64,000 bases of DNA, taken from assembly GCA_964016885.1 (NCBI GenBank), contig OZ024742.1, positions 346,952,001-347,016,000 of the forward strand, in the 5' to 3' direction. Position numbers and translations under genes: made by a program. Shown piece by piece: positions 1 to 11,562 of this stretch. Each line of letters starts with the position of its first letter. The stretch's first letter is position 1. This DNA is from Eledone cirrhosa (taxonomy: Eukaryota). Below the pieces are notes generated by a model, which was given only the letters and a program-made list of their open reading frames with translations, had not been told where the DNA came from and searched no databases.

Positions 1-184
1 TAAAGGCGCCTTGGCTTCAAGAATGTTTTCTGTCTGAAATAAGTATAAAATTATTAAGTATGTCGAAATTCACCTAAAATATAATTAAAATACTATGATA
101 AAATTGCGTTTCAAAACACAGCACTTAGAGCGGCCATTATTTTCAGAACAACCTAATAGTAGAGCAAATTTTATCTGTGTACCA

Positions 185-545
185 CAGTAAATATACTGTA
201 AACATTTGAATTAACCAATCTGTTTTGATATATTTTCTGCTAAATCATGGATGCCAAAAGATGATGTTGCAAATTTTTATGATCAGTCTGCTAATAATGT
301 CTACTAAGATTTAATACTGCAAATTTTAACAGTGTTCAGCGGTGAATATACTATAAACATTTGTATTAAGAAATCTGTTTTGTTTTATAACTTTTTTTTT
401 TTCTGATTAATCATTAGAAAAAGCTAAGAGTTAATACTGCAAATTTTAACAATGGTAACTATATTGTAAATATTTAAATTAATAAATTTGTTTTTAGTTA
501 TTTTCTGCTAATTCATTTCAACATGTTAAAAGTTAATTACTGAAA
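185..545. repeat. Degenerate AT-rich tandem repeat, about 3 copies of a ~120-150 bp unit
   Basis: Blocks recur by eye: 'aatatactgtaaacatttgaattaa..aatctgttttg' (~190, ~345, ~460) and 'ctaagatttaatactgcaaattttaac' (~304, ~424). Boundaries are approximate. Confidence 0.45.
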
Positions 546-1730
546 GAAGTAAAATAATAAAAATGCTAAAAGAATCGTATTTGACATGGAAGGTGATGGA
601 AAGTCAGTAGTAATGTGTGGTTATGTTAATGATAAAACTGTCTGTCACGATTTTGTCTCAACGAATAACATTAACAACATCTTTGAAGGAAGTTAATTAA
701 ATCTTTCAGAATTATCCATTTTAATAGCTTCACCAATAAAAATTAACAATTGACATATGTTTAGTAGAAAACTGTGAACATAAATTTCATTTCAAAGCAG
801 ACGATAGGTTTTTTGTGGGGATGGTGGTGAAAATAATAAAACTCCGTTAGAGAATTTAAACAAAAATAGCAAGTAAATATATATTTTGAACATTCACATA
901 TCTTTTGAAAAGTACTTCAGAATTTGAAACCTGTTAATTATTCATAATTTGTCTCTATATAATTAAGATAATATTGTTTTCTTCATTTTTTTCCCGGTTG
1001 ATTTGTATAAAGAAAACCGCCATTTGTCAGCCCACCCACCCCGTTGCAAGTGGCTTAGTCGTGGTTTCAGTACTTGAATCAGGTGACGAGTTGTATTCGT
1101 GAGATAAAACACTATTTTCTACTAGAAGTTGTGTCAGGCAGATAGTATCAGCAATGGAATGAATGACCAATGGAAACATATATTTGGTTTGATCTGATGA
1201 TAGACTCCATTTTAAGCTATACATATTGAGACCTAATACTCCTTGCTTTATCGTTCCTGTTCCTCTCATTTATGACATTTATAGTCCTTTCCTCTACTTT
1301 CCTATACAGATCTGCCATTCTTTACCCCTTCCCCCCTTTTTCATTATTTAATTTCGTTTTTATCTGTTTTTCCTATTTCCATTATTGTATAACTTCTGTT
1401 TGTGAAATATAGATGACAATATGTTTATGTATAACAGATAACAAAATAAAATTTTCCTAAATTAATGGATTAAGCAAACCTTCCCCGACCCTCAAAAAAT
1501 ATGAAAGGTTGTTGACAATATATAAATAGTTATATAAATCTCAGTTTTTCATAGAAAGGGAAAGGAAAAGGCCCTTAACTCATAATGGGGTCGTAGGAAC
1601 GTTGTCCTGACATATAACATGTCTTGAGTATTAAAAACCTGGTAGAATACAGCCCTTTCAAAGGCTGACCGTAACTGATTTCTTCTGAAGTGTGAGAGAG
1701 ATCATGAGAGAGATATGGATAAAAAGAGAT

Positions 1731-1862
1731 AACTGGTATTTTATTTATGGTCTACGAAAGAATTAAAGGCAAAGTTGGTGAGATTTGAACTCAGAGCATA
1801 GTAGTCCCGAACAAATACTTAGGTATTTAATTAAACACCGTAACGGCTCTGTCAATTCCGTG
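1731..1862 (-). mobile_element. Degenerate tRNA-derived SINE copy (same family as 2454-2647)
   Basis: The reverse complement contains 'ctgagttcaaatct..aactttgccttt..ataaaataccagtt', colinear with the + strand copy at 2528-2595. It includes a B-box-like GTTCAAAT. Confidence 0.65.
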
Positions 1863-2254
1863 TCTTACCTGCCAATTCCCCGTCTCTTGTGGATTGGAGG
1901 TTAAAAAGTACTTCAGCCTGTTTTAACTGTGATGTTTTAACTATGCTTGTAAATTTTAATATGGCCTCGGGTGTGATTAAAAGTCATTTGTCATCAAAAC
2001 AAGGAATTTTCGATGTTTTCAACGATGTTTCTCGAACAGCAAAAATGTCAAAAACGAGAGACTGTCAGAGATTAAAAGCAGATTTCATCTTCCCAAGCGG
2101 CTGAATAAAATGTTCAAAAGACATGACAACATACAAAGCCGCAAATTATTCAGCCCACCAGAAATCTAAGTTAGTTGATAACGTTGAGCGGACAGTTATG
2201 AAAATGTCTTCGTTTGATTATAGAAATCGCTGAAAAATTGTTCTTTTACTTCCG

Positions 2255-2420
2255 TTTTTCCACGCTTGCGTGAATTGGACAGGTCCTTCTCAGCGCGGCA
2301 TCTCTCCACGCATCGTATTCCTTCATCATTTCCTCCGTGAGTCTCAGTGATTTGAGGTCAGCTCTCACAAGCTCCGCCCAGGTCTTCCTTGGTCTACTTC
2401 TACTGCGGCTTCCTTCCACT
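2255..2420 (-). mobile_element. 3' fragment of an RTE-clade-like LINE (ORF C-terminus)
   Basis: Minus strand translates as VEGSRSRSRPRKTWAELVRADLKSLRLTEEMMKEYDAWRDAALRR, matching the G.R.RGRP.K.W...V..D......D...WR pattern at RTE-type LINE C-termini. Confidence 0.6.
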
Positions 2421-2453
2421 GGTTTTTTCTGATATATCCGCTAATATTGTTAA

Positions 2454-2647
2454 GGGCGGTCGATTAGCAGTATCGGTAGAGGGTCAGACGCCATGCTTTG
2501 CATCATAGAGTTACACCCCTTTACGTTCTGAGTTCAAATCCTGCCGGGGTTAACTTTGCCTTTCATCCTTACGAGGTCGATAAAATAAAGTACCATAATG
2601 CACTGAGGTAATTGCTGGCCTTGTGCCAAAAGTAAAAACAATTATTA
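2454..2647 (+). mobile_element. tRNA-derived SINE (resembles abundant octopus SINEs)
   Basis: GGCGG start, Pol III B-box GTTCAAATCC at 2532-2541, AT-rich tail, and a second diverged copy at 1731-1862. Family assignment is from recall. Confidence 0.7.
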
Positions 2648-2873
2648 AGCATGTTTTCAAAACTGAAGAATTCTAAATTTGCCAACCCAGGTTGATAAAT
2701 CGAGGGACATGAAAATGAAAAGAACAGTTGTTTGATGAAATAATCATACAGAGAACTTGAAAAACATACGAGAAGACAAGATATTAAACCATGACCAAGT
2801 ATTTGGAAAAGGTTAAGTAAGATGTTGAAGGAGTTCTTATATTGGAATTTATACAAATAGAGCGGCGTCTTTA

Positions 2874-3070
2874 ATAGAAAATGAGAAAGGTTTTGCGTCA
2901 CATAACACAGCATGTTTGATATAAAATGTGAAAGGTTTTGTGCCACATACCACAGCATGTTTGATATAAAATTTGAAAGGTTCTGTGTCACATACCACAG
3001 CATGTTTGATAGAAAATGTGAAAGGTTCTGTGTCACATAACACAGCATGTTTGATAGAAAATGTGAAAGG
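2874..3070. repeat. 45-bp minisatellite, ~4.4 copies
   Basis: Unit ATAGAAAATGTGAAAGGTTCTGTGTCACATAACACAGCATGTTTG repeated with few substitutions. It explains the 15-aa periodic ORFs on the minus strand. Confidence 0.9.
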
Positions 3071-3227
3071 TCACCAAACAAATATATCTACCGTATATAC
3101 ATGTGTAAAGGTCATAAAAATTTGACGCATATTTTTTGCCCCAAAATCTGAAGTTTTCTACATATCTCGTAATAGTGCTTCACAGAAAACAGATCGATAT
3201 TTACGAGACGAGATTATCGCATACATA

Positions 3228-3425
3228 CGAGGGTAAGCAGGAAAGTCCATAGGCTGACCAAGATACTATCATGGAATGACCAAATGAGGTTTATTTTTCA
3301 ACATAGTCCCTGGAAAGAAACAATGTGGTTATTAATAAGAAGAGGTGAAATTAATGCATGCAATATTTCACAGCTCTAGCATCACTCTTGCATGGTCAGC
3401 CAATGAACTTTTCAGCTGACCCTCG
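3228..3425. mobile_element. Tc1/mariner-type non-autonomous MITE (198 bp)
   Basis: 33-bp TIRs: CGAGGGTAAGCAGGAAAGTCCATAGGCTGACCA versus the reverse complement of the right end CGAGGGTCAGCTGAAAAGTTCATTGGCTGACCA (5 mismatches). TA on both sides (3226-3227, 3426-3427). Confidence 0.8.
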
Positions 3426-3674
3426 TAAATGCTATGATGAGGGGGTGAATGTTTCAACTGTGTATGTTTTCATGTTACAATACGTTAGGTTACAGATTTC
3501 TTTAAATTCATTAACAAGAACTATAACAAGTGTGATGCAAAATATATCACACGATTATTTATTATATAAACTAGACTATACAGTATAAGAAACTCTCAGG
3601 AGAGCTGGACAACAGAAGGTCTACAGAGAAGAAACCCCAACCAGGTGAGTGTTTCGGCCCATAACTTATATATA

Positions 3675-3690
3675 TGTGTGTGTGTGTGCC

Positions 3691-3780
<90 letters not shown>
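3675..3780. repeat. (TG)n microsatellite
   Basis: Directly visible. Confidence 0.95.
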
Positions 3781-3784
<4 letters not shown>

Positions 3785-3812
3785 TATATCTAGCGATATA
3801 TATATAATATAT

Positions 3813-4236
3813 ATCGCTTCCCTATGTCTCACCATCCAAAGTCTCGCTACCCTAAGTCTCGCTTTCCTTGTCTCGCTTCCCTAAGCCTCACCTCCCAATG
3901 TCTCGCCTCCCAATGTCTCGCTTCCCTAAGTCTCGCCTCCCAATGTCTCGCTTCCCTAAATCTCCCTCCCCTAAGTCTCCCTTCTTTATGTCTCGCTTCT
4001 CTATCTCTCGCCATCTTAAGTCTCGCTACCAAAAATCTCGTTACCCTATGTCTCGCCATCCTAAGACTCGCTTCCCAAAGTATCGCTTCCCCAAATCTCG
4101 CTACCCTAGGTCTTTCTTCCCAATCTCTAGCTACCCTAATTCTCGACTCCCAATGTCTCGCCTTCCTAAGTCTCGCTACCCTAAGTCTCGCTACCCTAAG
4201 TTTCGCCTCCCAATGTCTCGCTTCCCTAAATCTCGC
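3813..4236. repeat. 15-bp minisatellite (consensus ~TCTCGCTTCCCTAAG), ~28 copies
   Basis: 15-nt periodicity; translates as SRFPK/SRLPM/SRYPK pentapeptide repeats. Confidence 0.9.
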
Positions 4237-4473
4237 AAGATCATGGCTCTATACTTTCCTCATCGAAATTTCCTCCCACTCACTATCTTTCTCTTAGTCA
4301 CTCTCCCCCCCCCTCTCTCTCTCTCTCTCTCGTTCTCTTATACTTTCCTAAAGGACTTTTTATAGCCAGAATATCAGGACCATTAAATGTTATTGTTGTT
4401 GTTATTGTACTTTAGTTCTTGTCGGTATGTAATCATCCAGCATGTTGCTGTAGTCTTCTAACTTCTAATCACA

Positions 4474-4552
<79 letters not shown>

Positions 4553-4556
4553 CATG

Positions 4557-4604
<48 letters not shown>

Positions 4605-4608
4605 CATG

Positions 4609-4674
<66 letters not shown>

Positions 4675-4703
4675 CATACATATATATGTACATATATATA
4701 TAC

Positions 4704-4752
<49 letters not shown>

Positions 4753-4777
4753 TATATACATATATATATATATATAC

Positions 4778-4824
<47 letters not shown>

Positions 4825-4833
4825 CATACATAT
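4474..4833. repeat. Compound (TA)n microsatellite with CA/TG interruptions
   Basis: Directly visible. Confidence 0.95.
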
Positions 4834-4896
4834 CATTATATGTGTGGATGTGTATTTTTTAACACAATAGATACACGCATTCACATGCATACATAT

Positions 4897-5470
<574 letters not shown>

Positions 5471-5862
5471 TTCTATCTATCTATGTCACTCTCTATATAT
5501 CTATATTTCGTTTACTTAGACCTTTGTAAAGGAATTTTTATACTCAAAATATGCCGCTACTCAACTGATTGAGAAAAAAACATATTTTTAATAATAAATT
5601 ACCTTCCAACATCCAGTTATTTTTTTGTTCTGCTTCTCTTGAAAGTATTGTTTCATGATTCTGTGTTGTGTGTGAAGCAAGAAAACAGGAGAAATACGAA
5701 AAAATTATTCTTTCGAGTTATTTGGACTTTGGATTTTTGTTTTTGGTATTCGTTTTCTTCTTTAGCAATGTGAATATTATATGTGTGTGTATGTGTATAC
5801 ATATATTTATATATGTGTGTCTGTATATATATATGAGTGAGTGTGTGTATGTATATTACATA

Positions 5863-6090
5863 TCATCATCATCAACATCATCATCACCGTTTTACTCCGT
5901 TCTTCCACGCTAGAATGGGTTAGACGGGTTGTCCTGTTGTGGCCAGTGTCCATCGACTGACCTTGTCTTGCTCATACAGGAATTGATTCTGGTTCCATTT
6001 CTACAGCTGGATGCCCTTCCTAACACCAACCTCCTTTTACAGTGAGTGCTGGGTGCTTTTTTTTTTTTTTTTACGTGGCACCTCCACGTC
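5863..6090 (-). mobile_element. Probable SINE or RTE-related retroposon remnant with (ATG)n tail
   Basis: The (CAT)n run at 5863-5886 reads as a 3' tail on the minus strand. The body has 'ctacagctggatgcccttcctaacaccaacc', which I recall from cephalopod retroposons; not verified by search. Confidence 0.45.
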
Positions 6091-6108
6091 CACTTTACAG
6101 TGGGATGG

Positions 6109-6110
<2 letters not shown>

Positions 6111-6168
<58 letters not shown>
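6111..6168. repeat. (TA)n microsatellite
   Basis: Directly visible. Confidence 0.95.
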
Positions 6169-6173
<5 letters not shown>

Positions 6174-6690
6174 CTTTACCCTTTCTAGCAGTCTCTTTCT
6201 CTGTTAGCCTCTTCCTCACCCTTCACTCACTCATTCTCTGTCACTACCTCTCCTCCTCCTCTTTCTTCCCGTTTGACCTGTGTGTAATTCTTTTCTCCCG
6301 CACGCTTGGCCAAGCTGGTCCGAATTTTTTCTCTCTCTCGTCTACAATTTCACACAACTTATGTTTACCGAATTCGCAGACCAGACCCCTTCTTCCTCCC
6401 GTTAGACCTGTGCGAAATTCCTTCCTTGCTCACATTTCAACCAGGTTTGATCGTCTTTATTCTCTCGTTCACGATTTCACCAAATTTAAATTCATAGAAA
6501 TCTGGGACTTGTCTCTTTCTTCCTCACTTTCTGTTGCTTCACCATTTTGTTTGTTTACCCTCGCGTCCCCTTTATTTACGTGTCCCAACGACTTTTTTTA
6601 GCCGTTGCTCGCACCAACCGGAGGTATATGGTCTTTAAAGCGATGAAATGCCTATGATGGTTGGAAGATCACTGATGAAGGACAAACTTT

Positions 6691-6695
<5 letters not shown>

Positions 6696-6739
<44 letters not shown>
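6696..6739. repeat. (TA)n microsatellite
   Basis: Directly visible. Confidence 0.95.
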
Positions 6740-6741
<2 letters not shown>

Positions 6742-7031
6742 AGCCCGCTTGTGTATAAAACTATGAGATTATATACAAGTTTCTACATAACCTGGAATTT
6801 ATTTATCCCAAATTGTAAAAATCTTATAACGAAACGGCCGTCTGGAAGAAATGAGATATTTATTTAATAATGTCTCATATAAAATAATACAACCAATTAT
6901 CCCCGAAATACTGATTAGTTAGCACCCCAAACACTAAATTGGGATAATACTTAAGTATATCCTAATGTTTGTTGAGTGAGATGGAGTTGGTCGGAGTATC
7001 GCTTAAGGCTTTCTCTGTTTATGTATTGAAT

Positions 7032-7203
<172 letters not shown>

Positions 7204-7264
7204 GTGTGTTTGTGCATAGAACAATAAAAAACAGAAGTCAGGCTTAGGTAGGTAGTTAGTTCAT

Positions 7265-7361
7265 TGTTTTACGATCGTTTCGACTAGTATGGTAGGGGTT
7301 AAGTTACTACCCAGTACTAGTCTCGAAATCCCTCTTCAATCAGTCGTCTTCCTCAGAAACA
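7265..7361 (-). ncRNA. Type I hammerhead-ribozyme-like motif (probable remnant of a second Penelope-like family)
   Basis: Minus strand: UGUUU-CUGAGGA-A-GAC...GUC-GAAA-CGAUC-GUA-AAACA. Stem I UGUUU/AAACA, palindromic stem III ACGAUCGU, cleavage triplet GUA, enlarged stem II. Confidence 0.6.
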
Positions 7362-7713
7362 CGATTGAACAGGGAAATTCGAGACTAGAAATAGGTAGTA
7401 ACTTAAAAATTATGTTTTTACTGGGGTTGTCCGTTCCTCAATCCCAGCTAAAACATAATTTTTCGTCCGTACCCCAGCATCCAGGACGGAAATGTAACCT
7501 TTTACTCAATGTTGCTGCCTGGTGAGATCACGAGAATGGTTAAATAATCAAGTAACCATGATCACCATTGAAATAAATATCACAGCTTTATAAATAAAGA
7601 AGTCTTTAACATCTACAACTTCACACTTTCCTCATTCTAATTATATTCCGTTGTCCTTATTTTGAAGACGTAACATGACGTCGAGTGCTTGAATTGAAAT
7701 CCCTATCTACCGT

Positions 7714-7732
7714 ATGTATATATATATGTGTG

Positions 7733-7793
<61 letters not shown>

Positions 7794-7810
7794 TAGATAG
7801 TGATGCAATT

Positions 7811-7864
<54 letters not shown>
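7714..7864. repeat. (TA)n microsatellite with short interruption; left flank of the Penelope-like element
   Basis: Directly visible. Confidence 0.9.
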
Positions 7865-7870
<6 letters not shown>

Positions 7871-8544
7871 GGAACCAGTAAGACCCCGACAGCTGAGCTC
7901 AAGCCGTTTCGACGGCTAATTCTGGACTAAATGAAAATTTATCCTGGTATTTAAATAGCCGATCTTCTCAAGGGGTAATTCCATATATGGTCAAAGTGAT
8001 TGTCAAAAATCAGTAGTAATTCTGTGGTTGCAAATTAGTAGGGGAGATGGTGGCTAAACCTGCCAGTAGGAGAAAGAGGGGAGGGGGTGGAATAGCCCCA
8101 ATCAAGCGTTTGTAGTGCCAGCTACAGCTGGGCATGAGGTCAAAGAAGATACAGGGGAGGGGGAGGGGGAGGAAGTCGGAACGGTAGGTAGAACAATGGG
8201 GGGTAGAAATATATAGGAAAGAAAAAATACTGAGAGTGAAGAAAAGCAAATAAGTGTAAAGAAAAACAAATGAGTGTAAAGAAAAAAGTAAAGTAAATTA
8301 AATTCTACGACCTAGGTCTCTAGCTATTGTTAGTCTAGAATAAATAAATAAATAAAGAAAGAAAGAAGTAAAGAAAGAAATAAAGAAATAACGAAATAAG
8401 TAAAAGAACTAGGTGGGACGGATTAGGCAAGGACCCTTTTAAGAGGTATAAGTACGTAAATGATACGGTGACGGGTCAACAAAGGGGGCCAAAATACTAA
8501 AGAGACTACCACGAAATAAACAATAAAGGTTTCCATCCCGGGCA
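7865..8544 (-). repeat. Left arm of 680-bp inverted repeat (PLE 3' end / pLTR)
   Basis: Reverse complement of 10663-11342; I spotted only 3 substitutions. Confidence 0.9.
7883..7976 (-). ncRNA. Type I hammerhead ribozyme (U3-A8 core variant) in PLE pLTR
   Basis: Inverted copy of 11231-11324. Confidence 0.75.
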
Positions 8545-9102
8545 CAATTCCAGCAACCACCCAGTGCAGCAAAGTGAACTAATACGAGATAATAATTCTG
8601 AGTCCCGAGAAAAATATATACTAATGCTAACTCTAAAAGATCTAAAACAAGCTACATGAAAGTTCGTACGAAGTAAAGGTAGAATACGGAAGAATAAATT
8701 CAGAATCCACCCCGCCCAAAAGAAAAGCGAAGAAAGAAATACTGAAACGAAAAAATAAGGCATAAGTGCCACTAAGAAATATAGAGGGCACAGAGAATAG
8801 TGGGAGCGGTCGGAAAAAGGGGACAAGTATCCGGGGTCTAAACCAACTGCTATAAAGGGCGGAGTCCGCCAAATCTATCCTAGACTAGGGGAGGGGGTAG
8901 GGGTACTAAGGCTACAAGGGGCCAAAGGGCAGCCTCGGGTGGGCGAGAAAAGACGCCGACAAAGGAGAAGAGCTGGGGTAGAAGGACTAAGGAGAGAGGG
9001 GGGAAGGAAGGAAATAAAGGAAGCGATAAAAGAATACAAAGAAGATCTTACGTCTCCCTTGGCAAGCAGGGGTTACCCATTGCAAAATCGGCAAGTGGGG
9101 TG

Positions 9103-10662
9103 TTATAGCCCTAGTCTACCCCCCCCCCCCGGGTCATTATGGGGTTTGAGGGCGAGGTAAGTCCTACGCAATCTATGTTTACATGCAGTAACCAGTTCAT
9201 CTTTCTTGTTTAGGAGTTGGTCCGTCGAAAACAGCATTTGTAAAGTTTCCTCCGAGCATAAATTGCACGGACGGCGTCCTCCCGTGTAAGAATTGGCTCT
9301 GGACAGTAATCTCCAAGTGAGATCATAGGTGATGTTATTGTCCTTGAGGTCCCATATGTGGCCCGAAAGTGTAGTGGCGTGACGCCGGGCCGGGTTTCGG
9401 AAGGTATGTCTATGTTGGTATAGCCGGGTCTTGAAGTCACATGCGGTAAGTCCTTTATAGGCTTTGTTGGAGGTATCCGTCCTCACGTTGCACTGGTAGA
9501 TCACATTACGGTCTCTGCATCTATTGTCGAGTGGGCAAATAGATCTATCCGGGCAGTTACACCTCCTGGTCGGTTCTCCACTGCTATTTAGGTTATTTCT
9601 GCCATCAGGGTTGAGTTTTTTGTTGTTAGAGGAGACGATGTTTTGTGCGAAGTTTGGTGTAGTGCTGTAAGAGAGTTTGATGGTATTTTTGTTAATTATG
9701 TTGTGGTAGCGGTGTTGTAATGGGAAGTGTTTTTCAATGAGCCTAAAGAATAGTTTCCCGATGGGAGTTGTCACCTCTACGTTGTGGGGAGGATTGAACC
9801 ATGTTACATTGCGTGAGCGGCGGTGTCTCCTGCTGGTTCCGCTAATGGGAGCTGGACAGTAGGATATTTCCTCCCGGAAACCACTCCGCTTGAGGGCCTG
9901 GTTGTAATAAGGCGCATGTTCATCGAATATCCGCTCATTAGCTGACAAACGGGATATGCGGAGGGAGATGTTTTTGACCAGGTTGTTTGTGATGTTCCTA
10001 GGATGGTTTGATCGGCGGTGGATGTAGTGCAGATTGTCATTAGGTTTCCTGTATGGGTAGTACAGGTCGTTTTCGAGGTCGAGGGTCACGTCCAGGAAGT
10101 TTACTCTGGTCAGGGACGTTTGTATGGTTATTTTAAATCCCCAGTCGCGGAAGAATCTGATTAATTGTTTCCGGACCCGATCTGTACTACTGGGGTTGTA
10201 CCCTTTAAGGGTAAGGAGCCCATCATCACGGTACAATCCACCACCGAATGCAGGAAACATATCAGTGAGTTTGGCTATTAGGAATAATCCTATAAGATCT
10301 GTGACCTCCGCCGAATCTGTGGCGCCCATGCTGATGTCGAAGGGTGAGTCGGGAGCTCTTTTTATCCATTTAGAGTCGTCAAAGAGTAAGACTGTCTTCC
10401 TGGCGTGGAGGATGATTTTTCTTTCCTGGTCGGTGATGGGCACAAGTGTTTCGGCGAAGTCCAAGGCGGCAGTAAGTAGCGGTAAGGTGATTGAAGCATA
10501 GTAGCTCTCTATGTCGAACTGTATGAATTTAGTTTCTCGTTTATCCTCCATATTGCTGAACCAGGAGATTACTTCCTGGGTGTTGATCCATAGGCTAAGT
10601 TGGGTGTGTTGCTTGACTTTTGGTATCACGCGGTCTAGGATTTTTTTGCTGATTCTTCCTAT
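9103..10662 (-). CDS. Penelope-like reverse transcriptase + GIY-YIG endonuclease, N-terminally truncated at the inversion junction
   Basis: The frame is open from the junction (IGRISKKILDRV...). RT motifs FDIESYY, MGA..SA, YRDDG and FLDV; WFNPP; CxCx5Cx5C linker; VIY...YKG...R...H GIY-YIG; CNLC and CKH. No ATG start, so probably non-functional in cis. Confidence 0.85.
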   Translation of the reverse strand: MGRISKKILDRVIPKVKQHTQLSLWINTQEVISWFSNMEDKRETKFIQFDIESYYASITLPLLTAALDFAETLVPITDQERKIILHARKTVLLFDDSKWIKRAPDSPFDISMGATDSAEVTDLIGLFLIAKLTDMFPAFGGGLYRDDGLLTLKGYNPSSTDRVRKQLIRFFRDWGFKITIQTSLTRVNFLDVTLDLENDLYYPYRKPNDNLHYIHRRSNHPRNITNNLVKNISLRISRLSANERIFDEHAPYYNQALKRSGFREEISYCPAPISGTSRRHRRSRNVTWFNPPHNVEVTTPIGKLFFRLIEKHFPLQHRYHNIINKNTIKLSYSTTPNFAQNIVSSNNKKLNPDGRNNLNSSGEPTRRCNCPDRSICPLDNRCRDRNVIYQCNVRTDTSNKAYKGLTACDFKTRLYQHRHTFRNPARRHATTLSGHIWDLKDNNITYDLTWRLLSRANSYTGGRRPCNLCSEETLQMLFSTDQLLNKKDELVTACKHRLRRTYLALKPHNDPGGGGRLGL

Positions 10663-11415
10663 TGCCCGGGATGGAAACCTTTATTGTTTATTTCGTGGTA
10701 GTCTCTTTAGTATTTTGGCCCCTTTTGTTGACCCGTCACCGTATCATTTACGTACTTATACCTCTTAAAAGGGTCCTCGCCTAATCCGTCCCACCTAGTT
10801 CTTTTACTTATTTCGTTATTTCTTTATTTCTTTCTTTACTTCTTTCTTTCTTTATTTATTTATTTATTCTAGACTAACAATAGCTAGAGACCTAGGTCGT
10901 AGAATTTAATTTACTTTACTTTTTTCTTTACACTCATTTGTTTTTCTTTACACTTATTTGCTTTTCTTCACTCTCAGTATTTTTTCTTTCCTATATATTT
11001 CTACCCCCCATTGTTCTACCTACCGTTCCGACTTCCTCCCCCTCCCCCTCCCCTGTATCTTCTTTGACCTCATGCCCAGCTGTAGCTGGCACTACAAACG
11101 CTTGATTGGGGCTACTCCACCCCCTCCCCTCTTTCTCCTACTGGCAGGTTTAGCCACCATCTCCCCTACTAATTTGCAACCACAGAATTACTACTGATTT
11201 TTGACAATCACTTTGACCATATATGGAATTACCCCTTGAGAAGATCGGCTATTTAAATACCAGGATAAATTTTCATTTAGTCCAGAATTAGCCGTCGAAA
11301 CGGCTTGAGCTCAGCTGTCGGGGTCTTACTGGTTCCTATTATCCACTCTACTACCTCAAGTATTGAGTACTTTGGTGCGTTATGGTCCACCTGGTTCCTT
11401 ACCACATTTCCTTCG

Positions 11416-11417
<2 letters not shown>
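10663..11417 (+). repeat. Right arm of inverted repeat (second 5'-truncated PLE 3' end, with 75-bp tail)
   Basis: 10663-11342 mirrors 7865-8544; 11343-11417 is unique tail running into (TA)n. Confidence 0.9.
11231..11324 (+). ncRNA. Type I hammerhead ribozyme (U3-A8 core variant) in PLE pLTR
   Basis: Stem I ACCCC(11231-35)/GGGGU(11320-24); core UUGAGAA(11236-42); stem II GA(U)CGGCUA/UAGCCGUC; GAAA(11297-300); stem III ACGGC/GCUGU with palindromic UGAGCUCA loop; GUC cleavage triplet 11317-11319. Confidence 0.8.

Positions 11418-11459
<42 letters not shown>
11417..11459. repeat. (TA)n microsatellite; right flank of PLE
   Basis: Directly visible. Confidence 0.95.
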
Positions 11460-11461
<2 letters not shown>

Positions 11462-11562
11462 CAAGAGATGTCAACATGAATGTACCTGTTATTTTTATCT
11501 AAAGACGTTTTTTCCCAATTCCAACCCATCCGTCCCCTCAAGCTATCTTATTTCTCATTCTT

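Larger units (their letters stand above)
7865..11417 (-). mobile_element. Penelope-like retroelement (Naiad-like), 5'-truncated, with inverted duplication of its 3' end
   Basis: RT+GIY-YIG ORF on the minus strand. 680-bp inverted repeats 7865-8544 and 10663-11342, the right arm with a 75-bp extra tail. Hammerheads in both arms; (TA)n on both flanks. Confidence 0.9.

Noticed and set aside
1027-2104. Short ORFs (80 aa, 71 aa) as host exons
   Set aside because: No recognisable motifs or supporting gene structure.
2874-3070. CRISPR-like regularly spaced repeats
   Set aside because: Units are contiguous with no unique spacers, there are no cas genes, and the context is eukaryotic: a minisatellite.
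6672-6695. CTGATGAAGGAC hammerhead start
   Set aside because: No stem II closure or GAAA box before the (TA)n tract; at most a truncated remnant.
8010-8249. Duplicated 79-aa ORF (also 10958-11197)
   Set aside because: Lies in the PLE inverted repeat, begins at a non-ATG codon, is low-complexity, and shows no domain.
9103-10662. Selenocysteine recoding as described for some Naiad PLEs
   Set aside because: The retained frame has no in-frame UGA, and the conserved positions are ordinary Cys codons.
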